The position numbers and the translations under genes were made by a program. From Lytechinus pictus (lineage: Eukaryota), in contig NC_087249.1 in assembly GCF_037042905.1 (NCBI RefSeq), positions 6,388,001 to 6,452,000 on the forward strand: a DNA stretch of 64,000 bases. Direction: 5' to 3'. The notes beneath the pieces were generated by a model. That model saw only the letters and a program-made list of their open reading frames with translations. It searched no databases and was not told the origin of the DNA. The first letter of the stretch is position 1; each line of letters opens with the position of its first letter. Below, in pieces: positions 13,977 through 28,349 of the stretch.

Positions 13977-15021
13977 TTAATGCACGTTCTTTTGACGTCT
14001 AACCGTCTGTCAATTTACATTCTCTATCTACGTCCTTTTCTGTCATTTAAAAAAATCACTTACAGCGGATTACTTCAAATTAAGTTACAATCCGTTACAC
14101 AATAAATCAAAAGAATTCTTTACTGTATCTTTCATTCTACAATTAATATTAATGATGATGATGATTATGATAATAATATTAACAATATTGGTAATAATAT
14201 TAATAACATTAATAAAGATTATAAGAACAATAACAATGATAGTAATGATATTGGTATTCTATTTGAAGATAGTTTCGCAGCATAGGCTCAATGGTACAAA
14301 CAACATGAAAGTATAAACACAACAGAAGTAGATGTAAGATAACACTACAAAACTATATATAAAACATGAAGAAATATTAGATCCATTTTAAAATTTGACA
14401 ATATAAATTAAAATAATCAACATTTTGAGCAGAATATTCCAACTAATCATTCTTAATTCTAAAAGGAAATTTCTGAAATTTTCTCAATGATTGCCTTAAA
14501 TTGTATCTCAAACTAAGCCTTAATACTTGTATGTCATAAAGTGAATTTTGGACATGAGAAGAGATTAGACTACTACAAGACATTTGAATTATTTTCTTCT
14601 TGGAGCTTAAATCAATAAAATCGTTAATGTAGATAGATGCATGGTATAGCAGATTGAATACTGATATCGATTCTACTATTATTATGGACACTAAGGACAA
14701 AAGCATTGTCCTTAAACAAAATGCTTTCATGATTTTGTGAATAATCGATCATATTCACTTTCTTCCATAGGCCTAGTCTACTACCTCTTTGGAAATGAAT
14801 AATGTAGACTACACGGATTCGAATTAAATTTACCTGGAAAATTACATAAGCCATGGCTACTAGCATGACTAGTATGTGGAGCCTCTCCTAAGTCATGAGA
14901 CATCGTCAATTTTGTTGTTCCCAAGGAATCCTTTCTCGCTCCGCTTTTATTCGAAAGAAAAAAAATTCTCAAGTCTCCGCACAAATACAAACATGTGTAA
15001 TAAATATATCTTTATACATAA

Positions 15022-16006
15022 CAGTGCGTATCAAAAAAAGTTTACACTTAGAAAAAATCCTGTAACATTATACGGTTGTAATATCCTGAAAATTTTCCAC
15101 ATTTTAACATTGATACAGATCCATTTAAGCAAATGACGATATAACTGTCGAAAAATATTTCCGCTTGAGTGAGCACCACTCACTTTTGAAAAGTTAGTGA
15201 AAATGATTTGCGCAGAACTTTAAAGTAGTTATGCGAATAAAAGTAGACCTTAATCATGAAGAACACGTAAAATTTAGCTAGCAAAATTGACTTGAAGATA
15301 TCTTTTACCTTTTTTGACTTGTTTCCTTGCCCAAAAAAATTCGAAGAGTGCATTGCGCCCCACCCCACTCCCCAACACACCGAGGCCATCGTGACGATAT
15401 TTGCTTTACACTGAGCTTTGTTTTACATGAAATGGCTTAGGCTTGATTTTCATTTTGTTAATCATTGTCAAGCTTGGGAAAAGTGTGGAGAAAAAAGTAT
15501 TAAATGAAAAATGAAATGTAAACCCACTTTAAATGATAAAAACTTAGTGAAAAAATGCTGGAGATGTCTGATATAAACTTTTGTTCAGATTCAGTTATGT
15601 CCTCAGATCCAGCTGGCACAAAAAGGGTAAAGGGTGTGCTTACTAAATGTTGAAATATCTATTTGGGTGGCAAAATTGTTACAAAATGCTTAAATGTATC
15701 CGTTTTATTTTAATTAACTAAAAGTGCAAGAGAAATGAATGACAAATGTTTCGCAGGGTAAGTTTGATTTCGCCCTTTTCCCTTGACACAGCGTGAAAAC
15801 GAGCATTTCTGCGCAAACAGATTTCTGTGAGCTTTACAAAAATGGACAGTGCTCACTCAAGTGTAACATTCTGTCAAAACTTTTACATTCATTGGATAGA
15901 TGAGACCCAAACCCAAGATTTTATGTGAAAAAAATACCCACATGTTGTATATTTGTTAATTCCCAGGGCTTTTTCAAAGTGTAAACTTTTCTTTTGATAC
16001 GCACTG
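15022..16006. mobile_element. Tc1/mariner-type MITE
   Basis: CAGTGCGTATCAAAAAAAGTTTACACTT...AAGTGTAAACTTTTCTTTTGATACGCACTG|TA. Confidence 0.85.
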
Positions 16007-16624
16007 TAGAGTTGTTCAACATAAAGTAACTTTGGGTTCGAGACCCCCAATAATAACAAAGTGGCTTTCTTCTCCACTCATGCGTTTGGTTTTAGCTTCT
16101 TTCAGTTTGTAATTGCTTTGCGAGATTGAAATTATTTTTGTGGTGCGCTATACAGGTTCTTAATTTTTATGTCAATTTAAATTTTTATTTAATTTGAATG
16201 AAAGGCGCAATAATGCCAATGCTCTAGTCATATCCAGTAAAAAAAAATTGTTTAAAATGTTATATACAGCGCTGTCTACTATATGAATCTTAGAGAGTAG
16301 CTGTCTACTATATGAATCTTAGAGAGTAGTTGTTTAACAGTTTAAACACCCATGCTTAATTTCTTGAAAATTAAATATAAAAAATTAAACTGTGTTGTTT
16401 AAGATTTTAAACACTCGTTTAAACTGTTCTAACAATTATCGTATACTAGTAAGTTCTATGGTAGACAGTGTTGTAAAAAATAAAACAGCACTTGTTTTTA
16501 CTGTGATTATGATATCGCGACTGTATGTTAGAAATTCTTTAACTTTATCATTAATATTACAATGATGTATATGTCCATGGATACCTATAAATAAAGTTGG
16601 ATTACTATTACACTTTGATCACAG

Positions 16625-16818
16625 TTTCGCCATCCAGCTGGTTTCTTTGTCGGGATGCTATGTCAGTTCGTCCTCATGCCCCTCATCGCTTTCTGTCTCG
16701 GCCTTGCCTTCAGATTAGAGAGTGCTGGAGCCCTCTCCCTTCTAATCCTTGCCTGTTGCCCCGGGGGAACCCTCTCTAATCTCTTTACTTACTGGACAGA
16801 AGGGGATGTCTGCCTCAG
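16625..16818 (+). CDS. SLC10A2-like: SLC10 cotransporter copy 1, coding exon 2
   Basis: Acceptor cacag|, reading FRHPAGFFVGMLCQFVLMPL...ACCPGGTLSNLFTYWTEGDVCL(S). QF-x-x-MP and CCPGG-x-x-SN are SLC10 signatures. Donor gtaaag. 194 nt. The ORF track misses this frame. Confidence 0.95.
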
Positions 16819-17486
16819 GTAAAGAGATTCAATTATCCTTAAAGCCTATATTTTTGTTATTAAAAAAAAAGACAAAGTCCATCCTAACAAGGAGTTGATT
16901 TTAATAAATGGAGAATATTAAACAAGCAAGGGGCTGACAAATCATAATTGGATGTAAAATAAGAATGTTATAACAATTCAAAGTTTCGCTTGATTTGAAA
17001 ACGTTCAAAAACACAAGCTGTGTGCAATATCTTCAGAGATCTATGTTTCAATGATGTCTTGAAAAAATACTGTTATTGTTCCTTAAATATAATTAGTTTT
17101 GTTGAACCATATAATCAGTGAAAAAAGAGCCAAATGATCAATATACAGGCACACATACAAGAAAATATTAAGTGCTAATTTAGCACTTAAAGAGCTAGTT
17201 AGTGACTGCTATTCTGTTTTTTCTAATTCAAATTTGAACTAGAAAAATCAGCAGTCATTATTCAAGCTCCGTAAGCATGGTAAGTGCTGAATTAGCACTT
17301 TATTTTTAGAGTGAACATGTTTCACCCGTGATGTATAAAGATGGCTTTTGTCATGTTTGTGAAAATGAGCGAAGCTTTAACCTGTCAATTTTTTAAACCT
17401 AGTTTTAAAAAGGCGAGACGATTGTATCCTCCGAATCTCAAATATTATACCAGGGCACCAAGGGGACGATTGCTATTTATTTATAT

Positions 17487-17665
17487 CACTGGCGGATCGA
17501 GGGGGGGGGGGGCACAGCTGGCCCATGCCCCCCCTTTTTTTAAGAGGCACAATTAAAAATTGTAATATAAAAATGAAAAATGCCGTTAAAACAGAAGCGT
17601 ACCCCTCCCTTTTCCTCGGGAAAATGTGCCCCCCCCCCTTTCGAAAAATTCTGAATCCGCCCCTG
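17487..17665. mobile_element. hAT-type MITE with 8-bp TSD
   Basis: ATTTATAT|CACTGGCGGATC...AATCCGCCCCTG|ATTTATAT, with internal G/C runs. Confidence 0.85.
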
Positions 17666-17902
17666 ATTTATATGCTTTTTTTTTTCCTGGGTGGGGCAAT
17701 ACAATCATCTACTGAGATTTTATTATTGTGCCAATATACATACATTACTGGCAAAAACATGAATAGTGCAGCACGGTCGGAACACTTGAATGAAACGTGA
17801 TATCAACGGACTAAATGGTAACGAATTATTTAATGCATTAACGCGCAGTGTTTTTTTTAATCAAGACGGAAGTTAATTTTAGTACGTTTCCCTCCATTTT
17901 AG

Positions 17903-18107
17903 CGTATGCATGACAGCTGTGTCCACGGCAGTTGCTATCGGGATGATGCCCCTGAATCTCTTCATCTATAGCCGAGTATGGACAGACGACAAGGCGGTCA
18001 TCCCGTACGTCAACATCGTCACCACTCTTATCACCATTCTCATTCCCGTTGTTTTCGGGGTGTTTCTCCGCTGGTGGAAGAAGGAATGGACCAAATATGT
18101 CACCAGA
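17903..18107 (+). CDS. SLC10A2-like: SLC10 cotransporter copy 1, coding exon 3
   Basis: Acceptor ttttag|, reading (S)VCMTAVSTAVAIGMMPLNLFIYSRVW...WTKYVTR. Donor gtaggt. 205 nt, which restores the frame with exon 2. Confidence 0.95.
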
Positions 18108-19684
18108 GTAGGTCTTTTGTCTTTTCTATGAAACAAACATCCGGGGAGCATGCTTTAATATCACAAAGCTTGAATGAAAAAGAAATGTGTAGTAAGTAAT
18201 GTGTACTAGATCAAACATTTGAATTTTTCGTCACGCCAAATTCAATGTTGGCGCCGTTACGCGCTACAACACGCCAGTTGGGAGGCGGTTTGAGTCACTG
18301 CACGCCACTAGGCATCTTATTGGCGACACCAGGTGCAACTGGCTTCAACTGGCACCGGCCCAGTGGACTCCTAGCATTAAGCGCTATATAATCAAGTATA
18401 ATTATCATTATTAATAAAACTTCAGCCTTTAGTTAGTAATATCCCATCAACCCCCCCCCCAAAAAAAAACAAAAAAAAAAAACAAGATCAGCTTTTAGCA
18501 GCCGGTCGGGGAAAATATGGATGATCCCTACCCCCTCCCTCCCCTCTTTAAAATAAATCGAAATTTGAAATCAATAGTCGTGATCGATAAAGGAAAACTT
18601 TTTTTGCGATCGATGAAAACTGTTGATCTTTCGAAGGTCATTTGGTACGCGCGCCCTACATGGTCCACACGGACATTACCCTTCTAAACAATGGACGGGA
18701 GTATGAAGGAAAGCGATGGGCGGGGGGGGGGGGAGATAATAATGGTACTGTTTCCAGTACAATGAAAAAAAATGGGGGCTGAAGCCCTCCCCCCCCCCCC
18801 GCTTCCGCGGCCCCTGGTTTCTATTCAGTTCAATGTACTTGAACGTATATTAGAAGGGTAAACAAGAGAAGGTAGGAGGGTTAGTTATAGACAGGAAGAA
18901 AGATAAATGTAAATGGGAAGAGGGGGAGAATGAGAGGAAAAAATAATTGACTTGAAGAAAATGAAGAACTAAAAAAGGGCGAGGTTAGAAGAGCGAGAGG
19001 AATAGATAGGAGAGAAATCTGGGTTTAATGCATAGAGTTATATAAACCTAAACTTTAACTCTATGGTTTAATGATATATTATACACAAATACCAGGCCTT
19101 TCCCCTTCTTTGTGCCTTGGATGGATTTATCATGGTCGATGATTGAGGCATCCTTACAAATGCATTCTGCTAAATATTGATATCGCAACAGTAATAGAGA
19201 GTTTTCACACCGCAACGCAAGACGGATTCGAGAACACACTAAATGTATTGAAATTGCCAATCAAATGACAAAGATCATTTACGGAGGTATTTGTCGAAAA
19301 TTTACGAACCGGAACTGGAGTTTCGTCCTAATTTTCGGAGCTGACGAAAATTGCAAATAGTATCGTTTGTCCGGAATCTACAGGCACTAGGACGAAATTG
19401 CTGTTTTGATTCACCAAATTTTCGACAAAAACTTCTTGGTTGCTCTTTGTCATGAAGGTCATTTGACAATTATTCATTTGTTCTTGGATTCGTCGTGCGT
19501 CGTAGAGCGAAAATTCCCAATATTTTCATGGGGGGCACTTTAAGCAACACTGCCACCTTGAATACGATAAATGTCACCCCTTACCTACAGATGGAGTCAA
19601 AATACGGCACATTGTAATAAAGCAGAGTATGCCCATGTTTCATTCTCAGTTATGATAGTGAACAACATTATTATCTATGTAGGC

Positions 19685-19904
19685 CAGTGGCGTACCTAGG
19701 ATTTTCCACAGGGGGGCAAATAATTTGTCCGCCAAAAAATTTGACAAGCAAAAAAAAAAAAAAGGTATACAACCACAAATAAATGATTTCGTACCAGAAA
19801 CAAATTTGACAAGCAAAAAAAAAAAAAAAAAAGGTCTTCAAGACTCGTCAGGGGGGCAGTCTGCCCCCTCTGTCCCCCCCCCCCCCCCCGTAGGTACGCT
19901 AGTG
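19685..19904. mobile_element. hAT-type MITE with 8-bp TSD
   Basis: ATGTAGGC|CAGTGGCGTACCTA...TAGGTACGCTAGTG|ATGTAGGC. Confidence 0.88.
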
Positions 19905-20617
19905 ATGTAGGCTATAGGAACTAAGTATAATGGCCTCATGCCCTCGGACGACAACCTCGCGGCTCCTAACTTTCTCGGCACTCGTTTAAAACAAACATCA
20001 CCAACGTTGTAATGTAATTTTAGAATTTCCCTTCCTGACTGTCCCAGTTCCGCCTTAGTTCCCCTCGAGACAGACCCCATCGTATCTCAGTTCACCCCAC
20101 TCAAATAATTCATTTTATAGGTTGTTGTCATATGTATTGGTTTGTAGGTTGGTATACCATCAGGCAGATGGAAATTTCAATATTTTTTTACAATAATATT
20201 CAAGACACTTTGACTGACCCCCCCCCCCATCTTTATATAGTATTACAGGCTTATTAAGGGAAAACATATGCCATCCATAAAAAAAAATAGGCCAATATAT
20301 TCAACTTAGAAGACATAGCAGTCTCTGTTGGGTGAATTACCAGAATGTCTGACAAAATGGACGTAATGAATGATATTCTCTTACCTTTGTAGGAGAAACG
20401 CTTTTAGGCTGTCAATGCTTTCTTTGTACAGATTATATGATTTTCGGTTAACGCGCCTCAATTTTGTGTACCGTATGGTTATAACACATTCCTCAGATTT
20501 ATTTACTACTTGCGCTTAACTGACTGCCAGGAATAGTTGAGAATAAGCTGTTTTAATATATTGTTTGTATTGATCTGAGGCTTCATGATTGTCTTTATTT
20601 TCTGTTTTTTTTCACAG

Positions 20618-21190
20618 GTTGGAATCATCTTCTCTTTCATGTGCATCATCGCCGCTTTCGCGCTCAGCTTCATCTTAAACCCTACGTTCTTGCACGCTGT
20701 GTGGCAGCTCTGGTTCTGCGCCGCATCGTTACCGCTGCTGGGTTACCTCCTCGGTTACGGCATCGCGTTCTTGGTCCGACAGCCGCACAAGAAGTGCCGG
20801 ACTATCGCCTTCGAAACCGGCTCCCAGAACGTTTCTCTGGCCATGACTCTGACCGTTGTAACGTTCGCGAACTCACCCTTGTTTTTCGACATGTTATTCT
20901 ACCCATCCCTCTACGCCTGCTTTATCTATATCGATTCGTTCATAGTCATTGGCATCTACAAAGCAATTGTCTACTGTAAGAGGAAGAACGATCAATTCAT
21001 GGACATGCGTGTAAACGGTTTCGACGTCGTGCCTGGTGATGAGGTAGATGCTGACGATGACGACGAGGAGGACATCGAAAACCACCATGACGTCATTCGG
21101 AATGAAGAGAAGAGGGCTTTGCAAACAGTCAGTGTAAATAACTCGGTTGGTCGGATGGGGGCCGACGGTGACAAGTACAAGAAGATGTAG
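20618..21190 (+). CDS. SLC10A2-like: SLC10 cotransporter copy 1, terminal coding exon
   Basis: Polypyrimidine tract and cacag|, reading VGIIFS...GYLLGYG...CRTIAFETGSQNVSLA (RT-x-x-x-ETG-x-QN motif), an acidic tail, then TAG. The spliced protein is 385 aa. Confidence 0.95.
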   Translation, partial: VGIIFSFMCIIAAFALSFILNPTFLHAVWQLWFCAASLPLLGYLLGYGIAFLVRQPHKKCRTIAFETGSQNVSLAMTLTVVTFANSPLFFDMLFYPSLYACFIYIDSFIVIGIYKAIVYCKRKNDQFMDMRVNGFDVVPGDEVDADDDDEEDIENHHDVIRNEEKRALQTVSVNNSVGRMGADGDKYKKM

Positions 21191-21379
21191 AATGTATTAT
21201 ATTTTTTGGAATCATTGCCCCCCCCCCCCCTCGTACCTTCTGGATTTAACATTTTGTTTATTGAGTGGCGCAGATCTTTGCTATTGAGGTGTACAGTCTA
21301 GACAATCAACAGGAAAATTATTACCTCGCGTCCAAGTTTTTATGAAATAGGTACATATACTATCAAAGTATGTAATGAA

Positions 21380-22378
21380 GATATTTCAAAACCTTAACAT
21401 AAGAAACATATCAAAGTTCATTGACCCTGAATGACATTTTGACCCTGATTATGTGACCTGAAACTCATGCAAGATGATCAGTAAGTTGTATACATTTATG
21501 TACAAGTTTCATGAACTAGGTCTGAATATTAAATTATGATGACATTTGGTTAAGATTTCAATGTTGACGACACCGCCGGGGTCGGAAAAAACGGCACCTA
21601 TATCCTCGCTCTGATGGGCAGACGAGACAAAATTTCTCTGTTCCAACTGTTTCTGTTTGTCTCGCTTGTATAGCAGAGCGAAACTATCGGTGCCGCTTTC
21701 CGACGGCGGCGTCGTCAACATGAAATCTTAAAAAAGGTTAAGTTTTTGAAATGTCATCATAAATTAGATATCATATAGACCTAGTTCATGAAACTTTGAC
21801 ATAAGGATAATCAAGTATTACTGAACACCCTGCCTGAGTTTCATGTCACATGATCAAGGTCAAATGTCATTTGGGATCAATGGGCTTAGACCATGTTGGG
21901 GGGAATCAACACAGAAATCGCAAGCAAGGTTAAGTTTGTGAAATTTCGTCATAACTTTAAAAGTTTATGGATCTAGTTCATGAGACGTGGACATAGTGTA
22001 ATGGTGTATCAATAAACATCCTGCCTGAGTTTTGGGTCACATGACCAAGGTCGTTCAGGGTCAACGAACTTTGGTAATTTTGGGGGTAATTGTTGACTTG
22101 CCATAATAAGTTTTGAAAGTTTATGGATCTAGTTCATGAAACAAGGACGAAAGGGTAATCAAGTATCACTCATTGTTTTGCACGAGTCATAGGTTACATG
22201 ACCAAGGTCAAAGGTCATTTAGGGTAAATGAATATTCAGTTTTGATATATGAATATTCTGCTTTGATATCATATAGATGGTGTTTTTGTGAGTAATATTC
22301 AATAGTTTTCAAAGTCAGCTCTCCTGCTATGTTGAATCGCGTAATGCAGGCGAGACTGCCAGAGGCGTTCCACTTTTA
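21380..22378. mobile_element. Two back-to-back Helentron/DINE-like non-autonomous elements (partial minus copy about 21380-21632; plus copy about 21655-22378)
   Basis: 5' TTTGTCTCGC...GCAGAGCGAAAC hairpin, internal TGACC-rich repeats and a 3' GCAGGCGAGACTGCCAGAGGCGTTCCACTT end. Same family as 56091-57270. Confidence 0.75.
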
Positions 22379-25300
22379 TCTTTTTTAATCATGAATGGGA
22401 TTCGTGCCGCCCTTGATATATTGACGCGAAAAGGAGACCTTTGATAAAAACTGTTTATACGTCACTAATCAAAAGGTGCGAGGGAAAAGCACATGCTTAA
22501 TTATTAATTTTATCATACTGACCTAAAAAGGGACGTTTGAAGAATATTCCTATGTATGAATTCTTGAAGAGGACATGTATCTCTTTAATGCAATGATACG
22601 AGTTCGGATGTCCAGATCTAAGAACTAAAGCTTTTAAGCACTTTTTAATGGCAAACAGTATCAGTATCTAACTAAATATGTAATGCGAGCGCGAAGCGCG
22701 ATCTGAAATTTATATAGGCCTACACTCACTTGTAATAAAAAAAGAGAAGTCTCATCCAACTAAACAACTGAAAGCGCAATGCACGGGCTAGCATCTTTTT
22801 ATTATTTATATACTGACATGTGATGGAAAATTTTTAAAGACTGTTTCTAGGAATTCATCTAGAGGATACGTATCTCACTTAGAAAATAATGAGCGCGCGA
22901 AACGCAGATTGATTTTTATATATTCAGAACTGCAAGGACACGCTTTGAGCATTGTTTGACGTGAAAGATAATTATTCTGCAGACACATTTTGCATCGAAT
23001 AAATTAAGTGAAATATAAGCCTTCTAAGTAATTGGGGGATATGGCTATTATGTGCCAGGCCCACCCTTAAAATCTTAGGGGGACGTGTTCTCCTGCCCCC
23101 CCTTCCCCTTTGGCGTGAAACCCATGATCCTGATTGTACATTTATAGTTTTCAATTGTTCAGAAGCTTCTGTTGGGGGTCCTGGTGTATGTCACATAGAG
23201 CATTTCACATCATCACGGGAAAATAACCTGGATCCAACCATAAGAACAAACCTTTTAAACCCGATTTGATAACTTTATCGACTAATCAGTTTGAAAATTA
23301 CTTAATAAAATACTTTGTACATATGTTTCTTTTAAAACGAAGATTCATACTTATTTTGGACAACTCAAAAAAGTATTGCCATTGCTTGCCTGGAAATTCA
23401 TAAGTCACATATCATGTACATCGGGTAATAGTGGTAACTCGTACTAAATCTGGGGTGATGAAAGTTGCGTTTTGTATCACCTGGCAAAAAAAACCGCCTG
23501 TCAGCTATTTTTTTTCTTCATCTTTTTCTTCTTCTTCTCCTTCTCTTATTTCTTCTTCTTCTTCTATTATTATTATTGATGTTGTTGTTATTATTATCAC
23601 CATCATCATTATTATAACTGTTATTATTATTGTTATCATAATCATAATTATCATTATGATCATTGTAATCATTATTTTTAGCGACGTATTGAAATTGAAA
23701 GTATTATTCTTGGCTCTGTTGCATAAAGTATATTTAATCTACGACAAAGTTACCCCGGTATAGTATAGTATCCCTATTACTGTATAGTATGGATTTTACG
23801 TCTTTGCAACTAATATTGGATTTTTTTTTGTTTCGATCATATAAAGGTGATCGTAAAAAATATATATATACAAGTTGAATGTCCATTTCTTTCACCACCA
23901 AAGCTCTTCTTCCAAAGTTCATGTGCATTTGGTGCCATCCGGTGGTTTTATAAGCGATTTTAGTATCATCTTAGACAATAAATTCCATGTTTATGGAGTG
24001 AGTGGTATTATTTAAGGGACAATGCATGGTTGGTCATCACATGTTGGGGTGTGAAGGTCACCCATCGATATAAAAAAACCTGGATGGGGCCCGTTGTATC
24101 CTGCAGCACACAAGGCCTTTAAGCTACAAGAAAAGTACTCCATGACACAATTAACAGTATATGGGACCATATTATCACCGTAAAACAACACACACACACC
24201 CTCTCCCACACATACCCTTTATACACAAGAGGAAAAAAGTGTAGATCTTCGCGCGCTTTACCTTTTTTTTTTTTTTTTTTTTTTTTGCAACGGATACAAA
24301 TATTTATGTTTATATATGGTATACAATTTGTTTTTGTTTTATGGAAGTGAAATAAATAAATTTGAATTTGAATTTGAACCTTGTGGAACACTTTGAAGTG
24401 TTTCCGCTGGTCTTAAAAGAGCGCGTTGTATATAGCTCTATCCAACTTTTTGATACTGGTAATGCCACCATCCTAATTAAATTCGAGATTCCTACTTTAT
24501 ATATACATGTAGCTTGGCAATCATTATTTGGAATGCAGTTTACATACTTTTTTTATATTGTGAATTTAATGGAGTAGTAAAATGACCTCTTAGATTATAA
24601 TATGCCCTGCTTATACTCAAGCTTATTTAGAAATCATCCAGTTGAGTTAGCATGTACTGGAAAATGGCGGGGTTTTTTTATTGTGGGAAGATACTTGACT
24701 ACACATCTGAAGAATTTTTTTAATTTCGTCATGTTATGCATGCCCTTATATTATCAATAATAATAATGTATTTTTCTTAATTCTTTGTTTTTGAATGCGC
24801 TTAACATCGTGTGAGCTAAAGTCACTCGTTATTGAGTTCGTATATAATTCAGGAAAAATGATGATTCAACTCATTATTCATGCATTATTTTGATATACTG
24901 AAATAAATCTCTGATTTTAAATAATTTTTTTTTATTGTCTCCATCTTGTGTTTGATTCGCTTATCAGGTTGCCAACGCTCTTACAAGAATATCACTCGTG
25001 ATCTTATAAAAAACCCAAATGCCTACGTTCTATACATTGTATAGTTGCTTATGTAGGCAGGGATGGTCCATTTTAAACGCTGTGTTTAAAAACACGCTAC
25101 AAAACTTGTTTTAAGGAACCCGTTTTTTTACAAATATAAAAACACGTTTTAAATTACTACTCGAACTTGTGTATTGTAAATGCTGTAAATTAAAATATCA
25201 ACAGTCTGTAGATTAAATCATTAACTGAAAATTGCATCAATCATTGAAAAAAAAAAAGACGATTCGAAAAGGTTCAAAACAATAAAAACATTTTTATTTA

Positions 25301-27442
25301 TTCATTTTTTTGGATAATAAACTTTTTTTTAATTACAACCCTGCTCAAAGAACTCATTTTTGTGAGGGGATGGAGTGCCACTACGAAAAAAAAATATCAA
25401 AGGGATTAGAAGACGTGCAACCCATATGATTAAAGGATAACCAAACTTAAGGAAAACATAAATTGGAATTACTACTAAATCAAATTGTTAAGAACATACA
25501 ACGCATATGCATATCACCCCCCCCCCCTCCCAGCTATAAAAATGAAAAAAAGTTGGATTATTAAAATTCAATGATTTCTATGAAATACAGCATAAAATGC
25601 ATAATTTACACAAAGATAGATAAATTGAATAAAAAAAAAACAGAATGAAAAAGGTGTTATAATCAGCAAGAGAAGTGGTAGGTCTGTGTGTCTGAAAGGA
25701 ATAGGGGAAAAGAAAAAAAAGGGCAAGATGGTTGGAAAAGGAGTAAAGCAAATGAAAAGGAAGAAAAGAGAAGAAGAGGGGGAAATCAAAATGTATATAT
25801 TTATAAAAAGCAAATAGTAATGTTCAAACAAAAACACCACAAGACGAAACATTTTGTGATTCTTCGGTCAAAGACCATCATGCACTTGGTGTGATTTTAT
25901 GCGTCTTGTGGAGTTTTTATTTCACCTCTGTTGTTTGCTATACCTATTTCAACACAACGATGCAAAAATTATTGATTTATATATCTATTCATAGATTGAG
26001 ATACGGATAGAGAGAAGGGGGGGGGGGGTAATTTACCAACAACTCTTTCAGACACGTTATAATCCGTCAGCAACAAAATTGAATGTTGATTTCGGGCAAC
26101 TATTATATTTTTAACCGGATGAATTAATAAAGTTAAACAAACAAACAAAATCCAAAGTTCTTTACTTCGAGAAAAAGAAAAAGAAAAGCCATAGTGGCAT
26201 ACTAACTGCCCCCCCCCCCCTCTCACTCTCCCTCTCTCAATTCCCCCTTAAGCCTCGTTAGCTCCGTTCGTAAAGCGCTATTTAAAAAAGGGGGTGGTGA
26301 AACAGTTGAACGGACCTTAAGCTCTCGATCCAATGTTATTTTACTAACAAACATTCATGTTTTATTTGCAATGTGGTAGAATAGTCATTTTAAGTTGAAC
26401 ATCAGTGCCGCGCGCAGTACCACATACATTTTTGTACATGCCTTGAAAGCGTGACACCAGAGTTCGATCCATTTTCGCGCGCTGGACACGGCTCACTGCA
26501 CGTGGACTCTTCAAACCATCTTATTCAATGAATGACTGGTCATTTGAAGTATGCATAACTTCAGTTAAACTAATTCATGATAACTTTTGATGTATATGTT
26601 AACCTTAAGTGTAATAATCATAGGTATAGATGTTTTTCTTCTTCGTTTTAGAAGTAACAATATAACGGAGCTTTGTGACCTTCGTTTATAACTGTATATC
26701 CACCGTCCTGTGACATCTTCACTGGTGTTATCAAACGAATGGAAACGAAACTTCTTTGAGATCAATATATTCAATTCATCATAACAGATAGAAAACTCAA
26801 TAACTTTCAGTTGCACCGCCTTTGTAGCATTCGTATATCGATCTCACAGAGCAACCAATGTACCACGTGCTCAAATGCCCGTCTACCATACTCATATCGG
26901 GAACATCTTCATTCGCTACGAGATTAACTCCAAGGAATTAGAGGTAATTTACCTGATAGGAGGATTTTGGGATTAAATCAGTAAGTATAACCGTTTATTT
27001 TATTAATAAGATAATCAGTTTTAAACTCAGTGTCACGCGTGAGTTTTAATGAAATATATTGTTCAAAGAACAACAATTGGATAGTTGCATCGATATGATA
27101 TAATGTTATTGGCCTTATCTTAGTACTGTAAGCAGGTAAAACGTGCCCATTCTGAGATTGCTTTGAACAGTAGTTCCTTTTGGCAGATTTAGAGTTTAAG
27201 CCCCGAGGAAAATGTTTATTTTGTAGAAATTCTGGGGAGGTGCATTTTCATGCGATTCAAAGTTTCAAAGTATGAATACAGTCATAGCTTAGAATTGCTC
27301 TAAATTGCCAATGAGTTGGTCATTCATTATGTAACAAAATCATTGGTGTAAACAAATGAGAATATTCACGATATATTGTTCATCTATGACCGTTTTTCTT
27401 TTGGGAAGGTAAAATACACGCTCAATACATTATATATATATA

Positions 27443-28316
27443 TAAACTCAAAAAAAGTTTGGAAATCTGACTTTGATCGATAATCCCTCCTCGGTTTTAG
27501 TAAATATAAATGTGTAAATTATATCAATGAATAGAGCATTTAATTTTCTTTAAAATGATACCCTACATGATATGATTATGGTTCACATGGAGGTGCAGTG
27601 CCTTGAAATGTGGGGCAAGGTCAAAATTCAAAAGTTGCAAAATAACACAATATTGAAAGTCACTGTTCTTTTCTTCCATGGTGATGAGTGTCTCAGCGGT
27701 TTCTTTTAATTGTTTTCATGCACCTTAACATCAACATTAAAATGGAATCAAACACACCTCTGCACAAGCATACACATAACAAACAAACAAACCATCACTA
27801 CATAAACCACAACAAAACATAGAAAATGAAGAAGCAGGGGCTTGATTAAAATGGATTTTCATCTCTATTGACACAGACAAAAGAATCATGTTCTGTTTTG
27901 ACCCTTCATGTCTATTTCTGCTCGTTTTGCAGCTTTTCGATTCAGACCTCATCCAACACTTTTAAATTTTGCTCTTTTTTTATGGCATGATCATAACAAG
28001 TATGATATCATTTTAAAGAGAATCAAATGATCTTTTGAAAGATATCAAATATGCAATGTGTAAAATTTGGAGTTGGGAGAAATTAATGACCAAACTCAGA
28101 TTTCAAACCTTTTTTTGCTCGTTTTGCAGCTTTTCAATTCAGACTGCATCCAACACTTTTGAATCCTGCTCTTTTCGTGATGGCTTGATCATAAGCAAGC
28201 ATGGTATCATTGTAAAGAGAATTAAATTATCTTTTAAATGATGTCAAATATGCATTGTGTACAATTTGGAGTTGGGAGAAATCAAAGGCCAAACTCAGAT
28301 TTCCAAACTTTTTTTC

Positions 28317-28325
<9 letters not shown>
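27443..28325. mobile_element. TIR element inserted in a (TA)n tract
   Basis: AAAAAAAGTTTGGAAATCTGA at the left end and its reverse complement at the right end. TA runs on both sides and an internal duplication of about 200 bp. Confidence 0.75.

Positions 28326-28349
<24 letters not shown>

Noticed and set aside
14443..14870. Possible retroelement coding remnant on the minus strand
   Set aside because: The composition suggests an old LINE fragment, but I could not identify a diagnostic motif by eye.
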